DNA of 64,000 nucleotides from a virus (Duplodnaviria; Caudoviricetes): IMG/VR virus record IMGVR_UViG_2822194890_000001, positions 4,179 to 68,178 of that record; one strand, 5' to 3'. Shown piece by piece: positions 20,211 to 31,015 of this stretch (position 1 is its first letter; each line of letters starts with the position of its first letter). The notes under the pieces were generated by a model. It saw only the letters and a program-made list of their open reading frames with translations, ran no database searches and was not told where the DNA came from. The position numbers and the translations under genes were made by a program.

Positions 20211-20531
20211 GTAGAAAAGTATACTATAGCGTAAGATTTTTTAGTATACTTTTCTACTTTTCTACTAATACGTAGTTTATAGAACGGGTGATTTTAAAGG
20301 TGTAAAAGTATACATTTACACTTATGCGTAGTTTGGGTAAAAATTCTCTATATACCGTTAATAAGGGGTTAATGGTAATTTTTAAGAAGGAATCAATTAT
20401 AAATATGAGGTTCTAAGTATACATTTCTACTTGCGCGTAAGTTAGAAATGGTATACCAAATTTAAAAGTATGGTAGAAAAGTATACTTTTACACTTTTTC
20501 GTAAGTATACATTTACACTTATGCGTAGTTT
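20211..20531. repeat. parS-like cluster of GTATAC-centred palindromic repeats
   Basis: At least six copies of (GTAG/GTGT)AAAAGTATAC(A/T)TTT(CTAC/ACAC) or half-sites at 20211, 20243, 20300, 20415, 20473, 20503; AAGTATACATTTACACTTATGCGTAGTTT occurs twice. Confidence 0.75.
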
Positions 20532-20671
20532 TAAGTTGTTATTTCGCTGTTTACAAACAAAAAAGCTTATTGTAACGTAGTACACAACAAGCATCATTCT
20601 ACAAAACAAAACATTTTTTGATAAATCAAATCTACATAAATAGATCAAGCAAAACAATTGAATATGAACAC

Positions 20672-20848
20672 AAAACAAAAAGCCACTCCCATTTGCTATT
20701 GGCACCAACCGATAGCGGGAATGACTTACTCTAGCAAGTGTACCACCACTTGTCTAGAAAGAACTGTATTCAACCACAGTGTTAACGTTTAAGTAGTGTA
20801 CCACCACTAACCTTAAACAACTATGCCTTTTCACGAGGCTTCTTTGAT
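20672..20848 (-). ncRNA. Putative ~175-nt antisense (copy-control-like) RNA with several stem-loops
   Basis: SigA promoter TTGATA-17-TAAAAT (20883-20855); hairpin loops GUGGUA, GUGGUA, UUGGUG; ends in a U-tract. Confidence 0.6.
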
Positions 20849-20932
20849 ATACCCATTTTATCTATTGTTTGGATAAATATCAACTAGTAAATACTAGTTT
20901 TGATTATTTTGTAGTCCAAAAGATATATACCG

Positions 20933-21004
20933 GGCATCTCTAAACCTAGAAGTCTTGTGAATGTACAGGCCATTTAGGAATTGGAGATGCCTTTTTGTTT
21001 TTTT
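20933..21004 (+). terminator. Attenuator-like terminator downstream of the antisense target
   Basis: GGCATCTC...GAGATGCC stem followed by TTTTTGTTTTTTT. Confidence 0.65.
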
Positions 21005-21620
21005 GTTCGCGTGGAATTGCCTGATACCACGTTGATAAAAACTGATAAGCCGTAATTCCGTGCTTCTATATAGAGGGAACGTGTTACGGCGTGGCTAGCT
21101 GTTGGTCGTGCAGGGGGTACAGAGTATACGCCTACAAAAACAGCACCCCTCATTGGAATCCTGTTCTTCTGGTGAGGGTGGGCGAGAACTTGCCCAGGGA
21201 CGATTCTCTAAAAGGTTCGGGTGGTTATCGTTAGCATTACGGTGCTAGGGAGTACATTCAGTTTGTCGTGTAGGGACGATATTACAAGGACAAGCCATAG
21301 AAAAAGGATGTATGCGGTGAAGATCGCTGAGTGAACAGGGTCTATACATACGGATACCTTATAAGTGACCGCATGGAAAAAAACAAAGACGCTTATCCAT
21401 CTATTTTGACTGATTACTTTATTTGTAGCCGTTCAAAGTAGGGGATAAATCTGCCTTCCAGCCGTATTCCTTAATAGTTCCCACATGATAAAAACCCTCA
21501 AGACCTTCAGTCAAGATTAATTATGAAGAAAAGCAGAAAAACTTGAGATTGTATAAATCCTGGGGGAATTACTCACTAAGATAGAGGAATATATAAGGGA
21601 ATTATAACTTGCTTGGGTAG
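21005..21620 (+). other. ORF-free, relatively GC-rich, hairpin-dense region; candidate replication origin or primer RNA
   Basis: No ORF of 60 aa or more in the track; many stems (CACCCCTCA/TGAGGGTG, GGGCGAG/CTTGCCC, TAGCA/TGCTA, ATGCGGT/ACCGCAT); three G5 tracts. Confidence 0.45.
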
Positions 21621-21776
21621 AGGATAAGGGGACGGATGGTAGAATAGGCTTTATTGCAGGATTTAGTTTTACACATCAGATATAGTACGTGAAATTTATA
21701 AGTTACTATTTTTCATACATATATTTGTTAACTCTGTTTAATACTATGCAAAAACAGAGTTTGGAGATGAATAAAT

Positions 21777-22301
21777 ATGACTGAGCTTCAAATTATTGAA
21801 GTAACTCTAAAAGAACTTTTCTGTGAACATGGAGAAACGAACTGGTGGAATGATAATCAGCCATTACAAATCGCCGGATATTTGCAGGCAAAAATATTTT
21901 ATAGAGATAAGTTTGATAATAAGATTGAAAAGGCTTCTTATGATTTATTTACAGTACGTTCTGGAAATGTTGAAATTGGTTATCATAATTCTTTTAAAAT
22001 TAATAAGACAGTTCATGTTACTCTTTTTAGTACTCCAAGGTTACATTCTGACTGGCTAGAAATTGGTGGTCATTTGGTTGATCAGGATACACATGATACT
22101 GATAATTTGGGAACTCTTTGGCAAAACATTTGTTATGGTTGTACAAGCAATGATCCTTTAAATAATCCTAAAACATTTATTTTAAGATTTACTGAGGGCA
22201 ATCAAAGTATTAGAGCAGAATTTGAGGTAAAGTTCATAAAAAGAGTACCGTTAGGAATTTCAAATGTAGATAAATTACCGCCTAAGACTTCAGATTTATA
22301 A
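21777..22301 (+). CDS. Hypothetical protein
   Basis: 174-aa ORF with GGAG RBS and a downstream hairpin; no recognisable motif. Confidence 0.55.
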   Translation: MTELQIIEVTLKELFCEHGETNWWNDNQPLQIAGYLQAKIFYRDKFDNKIEKASYDLFTVRSGNVEIGYHNSFKINKTVHVTLFSTPRLHSDWLEIGGHLVDQDTHDTDNLGTLWQNICYGCTSNDPLNNPKTFILRFTEGNQSIRAEFEVKFIKRVPLGISNVDKLPPKTSDL

Positions 22302-22351
22302 TATGAGGAATATGTATTTTATCCCTGCAAACTGTGTGGGGATTTTTTCAT

Positions 22352-22471
22352 AAAGAAAAGACACCCTAAGATGCCTTCCTCCGACTTGAACCACTTTAAT
22401 TTTAATAATATGTATTGGACGCCAATCCAAATATTATTTTACCATGTTAAGTAATGTTAGTCATTGAGAAA
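22352..22471 (-). repeat. Inter-cassette element copy 1 (extended -10 promoter, ~85-nt sRNA, terminator)
   Basis: Minus strand: TGGTAAAAT, TTGGATTGGCGTCCAA hairpin, GTGGTTCAAGTCGGAGG, AGGCA/GACACC terminator with T-tract; 2 mismatches to copy 8 over ~104 bp. Confidence 0.9.
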
Positions 22472-22545
22472 AAAGAAAAGCACTCTTTCGAGTACCTAGT
22501 TTATGCAGCAACAGTCATCATTAATGATGTTTTTTATTAATGAAT

Positions 22546-23316
22546 TTAACCAGCATTTTTATGTGGATCAGCACATTTGAGTGGATTTAATTTTGGAAAA
22601 TTAAGTTGGAAATTGCCAACGATAGATATATGATTGCAAGGATCTTTAATAGTACAAGGAGTTCCATTTGGCATTGTTACAGTGTCGTTTTTATGTTCAA
22701 TCTGACCTAATTTTGTCAGTTGTATTGTAGTACAATCTATAGGTGGCAAATTCTGTTGATCAATTTGTTGAGTAGTACATGAAATTGTACTGTTTACACA
22801 AACATTTCCTTGACAACATATATTAACTTTTGGTGAATCTGTTAAATTTATTGAACAGTCACTAGAAACATTAACAATTCCTCCACAAAGCATTGTAGAA
22901 TTAGGATTACTTGGATCAGGTATAACTTGAACTGATATATAATAAGGGATACACCCTACTACCTGTATCGAATTTACAGTAATATCAACGGGTCCACACT
23001 CTGATTCGCAACAATAAACTTTTGTTTGGGGTAGAATTTGTAAGCAACTAAGATCATATACGATTCTTAAAGTACTCCAGTCAATTACACTAATTGATGG
23101 TATTGTTAAATCACAACAGAACGCTATAGGATCATTCTTAGTTTCAGATAAAGTTTTAGGCAAATCAATTTTACATTCGTATTTTTCGTCAAACATAGGA
23201 TTATAACTACTATGTGGTTGAATTATAGTATTAGTTCCACAACAACTTCTATCTTCTTCGCACATGTTATCTTTATAAACATTCTTGTGCGTATTTTCCT
23301 CATAATAATTTGACAT
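22546..23316 (-). CDS. Cysteine-rich protein, possibly spore coat/exosporium associated
   Basis: Many Cys including CC pairs (SCCG, FCCD, YCCE, ICCQ); GGGAG RBS. Confidence 0.5.
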   Translation of the reverse strand: MSNYYEENTHKNVYKDNMCEEDRSCCGTNTIIQPHSSYNPMFDEKYECKIDLPKTLSETKNDPIAFCCDLTIPSISVIDWSTLRIVYDLSCLQILPQTKVYCCESECGPVDITVNSIQVVGCIPYYISVQVIPDPSNPNSTMLCGGIVNVSSDCSINLTDSPKVNICCQGNVCVNSTISCTTQQIDQQNLPPIDCTTIQLTKLGQIEHKNDTVTMPNGTPCTIKDPCNHISIVGNFQLNFPKLNPLKCADPHKNAG

Positions 23317-23547
23317 AACAACACACTCCCTTTTCTCTATACGTCAAGAGCATATTAATCAGTAATTATAAAAATGTAGTATTGTACTATTAATTTTGGG
23401 CTAATTTAATATGAAAAATAGGCAAATCAACCAGAAAAAGCCCACTGTTTAGTGGGTATAAAATGACATATAAGGAATGAGAGTGTTAATAATAATCATT
23501 TATAAGATTATGATAATAAATTGAAAAATGAGCCTGTTTAACAAAAT

Positions 23548-23650
23548 AAAGAAAAGACACCCAAAGGTGCCTTCCTCCGACTTGAACCACTTTAATTTTA
23601 ATTATATCTATCGGACTCCCACCCTAATATTATTTTATCATGTTAAAATG
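23548..23650 (-). repeat. Inter-cassette element copy 2 (5' hairpin diverged)
   Basis: AAAGAAAAGACACCCAAAGGTGCCTTCCTCCGACTTGAACCACTTTAATTTTAA conserved. Confidence 0.85.
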
Positions 23651-23837
23651 TTTTATCCATATAGGGGTATCATCATATCGCCATCAACCTAAGAGTACCT
23701 ACTACCTATTATTGTTATAAATATTATTCTGCCTAGATTAATAAGGAGAGATGGAAAAACACGCTAAGCAGAAAATACAATAAGCTGCCCATATGGACAG
23801 CTTATTTACATAATTCTTGTTATTGGAAGTAAAAACA

Positions 23838-24206
23838 TTAGGTTAATTTTTGTAAATGTGTTTCCTTAAAAGAATTATTATATTTTAAGCCATATCCTAA
23901 AATACGATCCATTCCTATATGTGCGGTCCAGATTAGTCCTAACATAATAGTAATATTGTTTGTGAATAGCATTCCTAATATGATGCACAAGATAGGTAAG
24001 ATATAAGAGTGAAATATATTGTATAAAGTTGCTCCTGTCCTGAGATTAACGATATAGCCTAGCGCAGAAATATCAGGAGCTAACAAAAGTATTAAAAACC
24101 ACATTAAGCTAAAATGATAGTGATAGAAATATATAAAAGTGCTTAAGAATAATACAAATAATCCCTCAATATTTAAAATAGTTTTAATCAATGTAATCCC
24201 TCGCAA
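23838..24206 (-). CDS. DUF4260-family membrane protein
   Basis: LLAPDISALGY, YNIFHSY, WTAHIGMDRILGYGLKY...THLQK motifs. Confidence 0.8.
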   Translation of the reverse strand: MRGITLIKTILNIEGLFVLFLSTFIYFYHYHFSLMWFLILLLAPDISALGYIVNLRTGATLYNIFHSYILPILCIILGMLFTNNITIMLGLIWTAHIGMDRILGYGLKYNNSFKETHLQKLT

Positions 24207-24297
24207 TATGAATTTTCTTCCATTATGACATAAAAGTATTAATAATACAGATTAATTTTGATGTATACCATATTCATATGAGGTTTACATAACGTCT

Positions 24298-24603
24298 CAT
24301 TATTGGTAGCAAGGACAAGGAGGAATCCCTACTTTCACAAGGGAACCTCCTTTTATTGTTCTATGGATCTATTTCTTTTTTTATGCATTCCTATCCTGGC
24401 ACGGTTTTAGAGTTTTCGTTTGTTACTGGGTTCATCGAAAAACTTGTATAAAACCTTGCATACTCTTAGCTTGTTTTTTCTATGGAATGCTGCCGATACC
24501 TTTTTAATGCATAAAGAAAAGACACCCTAAGGTGTCTTCCTGCGATTTGAACCATCGTAATATGGTATCGGATGCCAATCCAATTATTATTTTACCACGT
24601 TAA
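24298..24603. repeat. ~305-bp direct repeat A (includes inter-cassette element copy 3, 24513-24624)
   Basis: Closely matches 26276-26579. Confidence 0.9.
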
Positions 24604-24804
24604 GTAATGTCGGTTATTGAGAAATAAGAAAAGCACTCGAAAGAGTGTTTCTAACTATTGATAAAATGTAAGATTTCTCATCCAAGCATAACAAATCCAG
24701 ATACAACTATTTTGTTGTATCATGTCGAACGAAAATATGGAACGGAGGTTGATTCTAAGATGATATGTATTCATCTCCTTAGTAAATAAAGGGTACAAAT
24801 GTCA

Positions 24805-25795
<991 letters not shown>

Positions 25796-26003
25796 GACTT
25801 AATTTTGTGAACGAAAAGTCCATTCAGGCTGTTTCTGAATGGACTTTTTTTATAGGTTTAGAGATACATAATTCTCATTATTGGAAGTTGATTAATATTA
25901 GCTTATTTGTCTTATAAGTTAAATTGAGAACAATTAGATTCCAAAATATTCCAGTTCTTTTTGTATGTTATTCAAAGCAAATCCCTCTCGTTCTCGAAAG
26001 GGG

Positions 26004-26183
26004 TTATTTGATTCGTTCGAAGATAATCTCAAAATAAGTCGCGTATCCTGCGATTGATGGTGCAAAGATTTGAACAAATTTCCAACCGTCTTCAGCATGT
26101 TCGGCAATAATACGCTTATAATCTTCTTTAGGTTGCCCTTTCCAGTTATTAACTTCGACTTTCACGAATTTGTAATCGTACAT
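26004..26183 (-). CDS. DUF4177-family small protein
   Basis: MYDYKFVKV...[13 protein letters not shown]...IIFER; ATG 26183 after GGGAAAGG. Confidence 0.75.
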   Translation of the reverse strand: MYDYKFVKVEVNNWKGQPKEDYKRIIAEHAEDGWKFVQIFAPSIAGYATYFEIIFERIK

Positions 26184-26275
26184 ATCCTTTCCCTCTTTTC
26201 CTAATTGTACCATTTCAGAGAATCGATTTGTTATGATTTTTGGATGTATATGGTATTCGCATTCAGTTAACATAA

Positions 26276-26600
26276 CATTATTGGTAGCAAGGACAAGGAG
26301 GACTACCTACTTTCACAAGGGAACCTCCTTTTATTGTTCTATGGATCTATGTATTTTTTATACATTCCTATCCTGGAGCGGTTTCAGAGTTCTCGTTTGT
26401 TACTGGGTTCGTCGGAAAACTGTATAAAACCTTGCATACTCTTAGCTTGTTTTTTCTATGGAATGCTGCCGACACCTTTTTAATGCATAAAGAAAAGACA
26501 CCCTAAGGTGTCTTCCTGCGACTTGAGCCATCGTAATATGGTATCGGATGCCAATCCAAATATTATTTTACCATGTTAAATTGTTTTATATATTGAGAAA
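26276..26600. repeat. ~305-bp direct repeat B (includes inter-cassette element copy 4, 26489-26600)
   Basis: Matches 24298-24603. Confidence 0.9.
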
Positions 26601-26625
26601 TATGAATCAGGTCTATATTTTTAAA

Positions 26626-27453
26626 TTACTTGATTACGCCACCAGAAACCCCGGACATTGCCATAATATCAATTATTTTATCTGATACGGTGGCTTCTTC
26701 TCCGCCTCCATAGTATGCGTTTAATGCGTCGATAAACCAATATGCATCGGCCGTTACTGACCTACCTGCAGATTTCATTGATTCAATAACTGTTTGAACA
26801 TATATAAATTTATCATCAAATGATAATTTAACCCAATCTCTACCAGTGGCATTCTTAATTTTTTCTACTTCTTCATTAGCTGATGAGGGAGTACTAGTTG
26901 AAGATGATGGGGTACTATTTTTGATAGGTTTGATATATTTTCCATCTTTGGCACTTGCATCGTAAATAATATTCTTCTCATCAGCACTTTTGTCTTTATC
27001 ATCTAAGCAAAGCCAATCCCCAATTAAGTAAGGAAGATCATAGTTTGCATAGTATTCGTGTTTATCAGTTTTTAAAACTACATTCCCCAATTCACATCTT
27101 ATGCCTTTACCACAGAATAACTCTCCCTCACGATCATTACCTTGAGGTGTCCCGCTCTGTTTTTTGATGATTTTTCCTATAGATGTTAAGTATTCATATT
27201 GTTCTTTAGGTTGTAAGTTATCAAATGAATCATTAAGATAAGCTACAATGTCATAATAATAATATGGATTTTTAGCATTTTGATCTGATTTTTCTGTTTC
27301 TTTGTATGTTACGGATTTTAAATGTTTTTTAATTTCTTTATCCTTTGATATTCCGGAGACAATACCATCTAAATTCTCAGGGGTATACTCTGGTCCACCA
27401 CAGCCTGATAAAACTAACATTGCCGTGATAATAGTTAAAATAATTCTTTTCAT
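26626..27453 (-). CDS. Lipoprotein of unknown function
   Basis: Lipobox LVLSGC after MKRII; probable start 27453. Confidence 0.75.
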   Translation of the reverse strand: MKRIILTIITAMLVLSGCGGPEYTPENLDGIVSGISKDKEIKKHLKSVTYKETEKSDQNAKNPYYYYDIVAYLNDSFDNLQPKEQYEYLTSIGKIIKKQSGTPQGNDREGELFCGKGIRCELGNVVLKTDKHEYYANYDLPYLIGDWLCLDDKDKSADEKNIIYDASAKDGKYIKPIKNSTPSSSTSTPSSANEEVEKIKNATGRDWVKLSFDDKFIYVQTVIESMKSAGRSVTADAYWFIDALNAYYGGGEEATVSDKIIDIMAMSGVSGGVIK

Positions 27454-27565
27454 AGTTGTCCTCAATTCTTATTGTTTTAATGGATGCCATTTGCAATATG
27501 TAAGATTTCTCATCTCATAGTAGCAAACGATTCATTTCTATATTGTCATATTGTGTCGAATGAAA

Positions 27566-27597
27566 ATAAAAAAAGACACCCAAAGGTGCCTTCCTCG
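27566..27597 (-). repeat. Inter-cassette element copy 5 (terminator part only)
   Basis: AAAAGACACCCAAAGGTGCCTTCCTCG. Confidence 0.8.
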
Positions 27598-27613
27598 GCT
27601 TAATAACCGCATT

Positions 27614-28186
27614 TTATTTTCCTCGTAGACTCTGTTCATATGCTTTAACTTCATCAGTTGATCCAAATGTTTTCAGGTCAAATATTTTGTTACCATCAAC
27701 ACATACTACTAATAATCCATCTTTAGCTTGAATAACACTTCCAACATTGCCTTTTTTTAGAGAAATACTAAAAGGATGATCTACATTCATCGTTTTTTTC
27801 TTCTCTACATATTGATTAAATTCCATGCCAACTGGGAATGCCTCTTTTAATTGTTGAAGAGTATACTCAGTTGTAGTTGGCGGATCACTTTTAGGCTGTT
27901 CTTGTTCTGGTTGTTCTTGCGGTTTAGGTGTTTCTTGATTCGGCTGTGTAGTTTTTTGAAGTGACCTAGTTTGCTCTTTTTCATAGGAGTCTACTTTAGA
28001 TTTCAACTCTTTGATTTGTGTTTTTAATTCTTGTTGTTCATTAAAGTGTTTATCGATAACTTTATCCATATCTTTTTGTGAATACTTAGGTTTCATATCT
28101 TCTGATTTGGAATCCTTAAAAATAGATACGGAAGCAATGATAACAACTATTACGGCGATAATGCCAATGATTAGTTTCTTGTTCAT
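27614..28186 (-). CDS. Membrane-anchored extracellular protein with coiled coil and P/Q linker
   Basis: Single N-terminal TM helix, coiled coil, QPEQEQP linker. Confidence 0.65.
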   Translation of the reverse strand: MNKKLIIGIIAVIVVIIASVSIFKDSKSEDMKPKYSQKDMDKVIDKHFNEQQELKTQIKELKSKVDSYEKEQTRSLQKTTQPNQETPKPQEQPEQEQPKSDPPTTTEYTLQQLKEAFPVGMEFNQYVEKKKTMNVDHPFSISLKKGNVGSVIQAKDGLLVVCVDGNKIFDLKTFGSTDEVKAYEQSLRGK

Positions 28187-28245
28187 TTATGTTCCTCCTG
28201 AAATATAATGTTATCATTATATAATAATTAAATAGTTTTAGGTAG

Positions 28246-28296
28246 AAAAAAAGACACCCTAAGGTGCCTTCCCGTGACTTGAACCATCTTAATTTT
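28246..28296 (-). repeat. Inter-cassette element copy 6 (partial)
   Basis: AAAAGACACCCTAAGGTGCCTTCCCGTGACTTGAACCATCTTAATTTT. Confidence 0.8.
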
Positions 28297-28481
28297 GAAA
28301 AATGGCATTGAAGGAATTTCTTTAATTATAACTATATTAGGGATGTTAATAATGGTATTTTATAGTGATATGAAAAAATTAATTATTAATGAATTTAAAA
28401 TAAAAAGAAGACCGAACTAGAATAACAATCTAGTTCGGCCTTCTTTTTATTTATTTTCTTTGAAAACTTAATTAAAGTTTC

Positions 28482-28772
28482 TTAATTATTACTTGTTCGC
28501 CATCCTTCATAATGTCCTGTCCATGAATTTTTACTTACTTCAGTTGCTCCTTTTAAATACCAAGTCACTCCATTCCACTCTTTTACAGCGGGTATTTCCT
28601 TTTTTGACTTGTAACCAGGAAAGTCTTGTTTTTCAAGTTTTTTAACAAAACTTTTTTTATTATCAATTTTTAATTTTACACTTGTATCAGTAGGTGTCTC
28701 CGCAAATACTCCTCCAGCACCAGATAACATAATTCCAGTTGCTAATGTTCCAATTATTACTTTCTTAAACAT
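28482..28772 (-). CDS. Secreted LCI-fold-like small protein (candidate antimicrobial)
   Basis: Signal peptide ending VFA; C-terminal NGVTWYLKG...WTGHYEG recalls the Bacillus LCI peptide; bidirectional terminator at 28404-28447. Confidence 0.55.
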   Translation of the reverse strand: MFKKVIIGTLATGIMLSGAGGVFAETPTDTSVKLKIDNKKSFVKKLEKQDFPGYKSKKEIPAVKEWNGVTWYLKGATEVSKNSWTGHYEGWRTSNN

Positions 28773-29074
28773 GAAAAATCCCCCTTTTTTGGAATGAATA
28801 TTACATAAATAATGATATCATATTATTTGTATTTTCTAACATTTTAATTTATTTATAAATATTTTATTGAATATTCAAACTATATGATTTAATATGAAAA
28901 GATTTAAAAATAATTAGTACTATTAGTAGTGAATCTCAAGTAAATGACTGGAAGAAAATTAAATCATTTATAGGGTAAGAAGTATAGAATCCAAGCTTTT
29001 TCAATTTAAATTTATATTCAAAAGTTTATTTTCAGATTAGAAAAGGTTAGCTCCTCGATCCCCTTTTTGAAAAT

Positions 29075-29110
29075 AAAGAAAAGACACCCATATAAGAGTG
29101 CCTTTTCCGA
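29075..29110 (-). repeat. Inter-cassette element copy 7 (diverged terminator)
   Basis: AAAGAAAAGACACCCATATAAGAGTGCCTTTTCCGA. Confidence 0.7.
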
Positions 29111-29117
29111 TAGTTTT

Positions 29118-29228
29118 TTAGCAGAAGCAAGAAGCTCCAACGATGATTAATAAAATAAATAATACAACTAATAAGGCAAATCCTCCTGCAAAGCCACAGC
29201 CGCCACCGCAGCTACCACCAAAGCCCAT
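29118..29228 (-). CDS. YjcZ-family sporulation microprotein (36 aa; not in ORF track)
   Basis: MGFGGSCGGGCGFAGGFALLVVLFILLIIVGASCFC with GGAGG RBS; FALLVVLFILLIIVGA is the YjcZ signature. Confidence 0.85.
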   Translation of the reverse strand: MGFGGSCGGGCGFAGGFALLVVLFILLIIVGASCFC

Positions 29229-29340
29229 AATAATTCCTCCTTTAAATAGTAGGAGAAAAATAAGGAGTCACTCATGTATTTTAATGGATTCAAATTACTT
29301 TATGTTTTTATGAATTAAATGAGCAGGTCCTTTTGAAAAT

Positions 29341-29460
29341 AAAGAAAAGACACCCTAAGGTGCCTTCCTTCGACTTGAACCACTTTAATTTTAATAATAT
29401 GTATTGGACGCCAATCCAAATATTATTTTACCATGTTAAGTAATTTTATGCATTGAGAAA
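29341..29460 (-). repeat. Inter-cassette element copy 8 (full length)
   Basis: Nearly identical to copy 1. Confidence 0.9.
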
Positions 29461-29659
29461 TACGGTATACCTCTTTATTTAAACGTAAAAAGTCCTAGGT
29501 GGGCTAGGACTTTTTGACTGAATGAATATGATTCAAAAAAAGGACTTATATAACGTAACATATGAATGTTTAATAAGTGTATCGTAAAAGTGAACAAAAT
29601 CTATATTTTATATAGAAAGAGAGGTGACTATATTAATAGTATTCTCTCTTTTAATTTTA

Positions 29660-29902
29660 TTATTTTTCGTTTTGTAATTCCAACAATAACTCTGTAAGCT
29701 GGGCTTGAATCTCAGGAAGCTTATCAATTGAGAACTCAGGACCTTGGCGAAGCTTCTTTCCATGAGGACGAATATTGATACGTAGACAAGGCTTGTCTGT
29801 GAATCCATCTTTAATAAAGGAAATTCTTAAACTCTCTTTGTTAGCAACGGTTTCAATTTCAACATACTTTTGACCAGATGAATCAATTTGAATAGAACTC
29901 AT
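29660..29902 (-). CDS. Hypothetical protein
   Basis: 80-aa ORF with GGGAG RBS. Confidence 0.55.
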   Translation of the reverse strand: MSSIQIDSSGQKYVEIETVANKESLRISFIKDGFTDKPCLRINIRPHGKKLRQGPEFSIDKLPEIQAQLTELLLELQNEK

Positions 29903-30097
29903 AATATCTCTCCCATCTGTAATTTATATTATTATACTAGCTGAAACCAACATGAAATTAAACTCTTTTGCTTACTTATGTGTGCAAATATATGAAATGT
30001 AATTGTGAAAAATTTTATTTTATCTAAAAAATGCGTTGTAAGAATGGAGATTTTTGCTGTATAATGATTTTTATCATGCAAATTTACAAAATTAGAG

Positions 30098-30334
30098 GTG
30101 GTCAAAGTGATACTACGACCAGGTTTAAAAGCAATTGTAAAAGAAACTAATGTTTGTGAACATGATTTAAAAGAAGGTCAAGTTGTTACATTTCTTCGTT
30201 ACGAATATGAGGATGATTGTGATGGAGAAGAGCATCGTTTTATATGTGTAGATGAAAAAGGTAAGGAACATACCTTACTTCCATCTGAAATTAAGTGGGC
30301 ATTAAGAAAAGCTAAAGTAAGATACGTAAAATAG
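30098..30334 (+). CDS. Hypothetical protein
   Basis: 78-aa ORF with GAGG RBS; SH3-like beta character. Confidence 0.5.
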   Translation: MVKVILRPGLKAIVKETNVCEHDLKEGQVVTFLRYEYEDDCDGEEHRFICVDEKGKEHTLLPSEIKWALRKAKVRYVK

Positions 30335-30543
30335 CTCACATAGTGGTTGCATGATACCATTAAATTACTAGACTACGCGATAGTACCTAAAATGTATGAG
30401 GTACTCAATTTACTATATAAAGACCCTGCTATTTTGAATAGCAGGGTCTTTAATTTTATTATCAAAAATGTCATTCTGAAGTTGAGTAAATTTTTAATTG
30501 ATAAAATTAAACGTGCAAAATTAGCACGCTTCGATTTGCTTTT

Positions 30544-30912
30544 CTATTTTCTTTCAAGGACGATTTCAACCCCACCTGTTTCAGAGTTTGTTTTAACGGA
30601 CACTTTATCATATTTGTCGATTATCTGCTTAACAAGTGTATAACCTAAAAATATAATTGCTACAATAGCTGTTATTTCGAGTCCACTTAAAGTTGCTACT
30701 GGTATCAGGGCAGTTGTGCTCATACCAGCTGTAAAAGGAATACCTGCAATAGATACAGCTAGAACTGGCAAAACAAATTTAGACACAGTTTTCATCTTAT
30801 AAGACCTATTTACCTTTTTGGCAAGGTCACCTGTACAAAGTATTGTTGATGCTTTATTTTTTATTGCATACTCAAGCTCATCTTTAGTAGACACGGTAGT
30901 TAGTATGTTCAT
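30544..30912 (-). CDS. Small two-TM membrane protein
   Basis: Two hydrophobic helices; GAGG RBS. Confidence 0.6.
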   Translation of the reverse strand: MNILTTVSTKDELEYAIKNKASTILCTGDLAKKVNRSYKMKTVSKFVLPVLAVSIAGIPFTAGMSTTALIPVATLSGLEITAIVAIIFLGYTLVKQIIDKYDKVSVKTNSETGGVEIVLERK

Positions 30913-31015
30913 TGATTTTCAACTCCTCTTCTACGTAGAAAGAACTGTATATTAACATACAGTTCTTTCCTGATATCCTTCAAAATATTCATACAGAGAA
31001 GCGGATTTATTTAAA

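Noticed and set aside
20442-20708. 88-aa minus-strand ORF as a Rep protein
   Set aside because: Overlaps the parS repeats and hairpins, has no RBS or Rep motifs, and has low-complexity composition.
21005-21620. Group II intron or decayed intron
   Set aside because: No GUGYG 5' end, no recognisable domain V/VI, no RT remnant and no interrupted gene.
22375-22400. tRNA or att site suggested by the GGTTCAAGTC T-loop-like motif in the repeat
   Set aside because: The T-stem does not pair beyond one base pair and no acceptor, D or anticodon arms can be built.
30347-30643. 98-aa plus-strand ORF, and other short overlapping ORFs in the track (e.g. 12556-12948, 33827-34090, 44365-44808, 59515-59964)
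   Set aside because: They overlap better-supported genes on the opposite strand and lack RBS or motifs.
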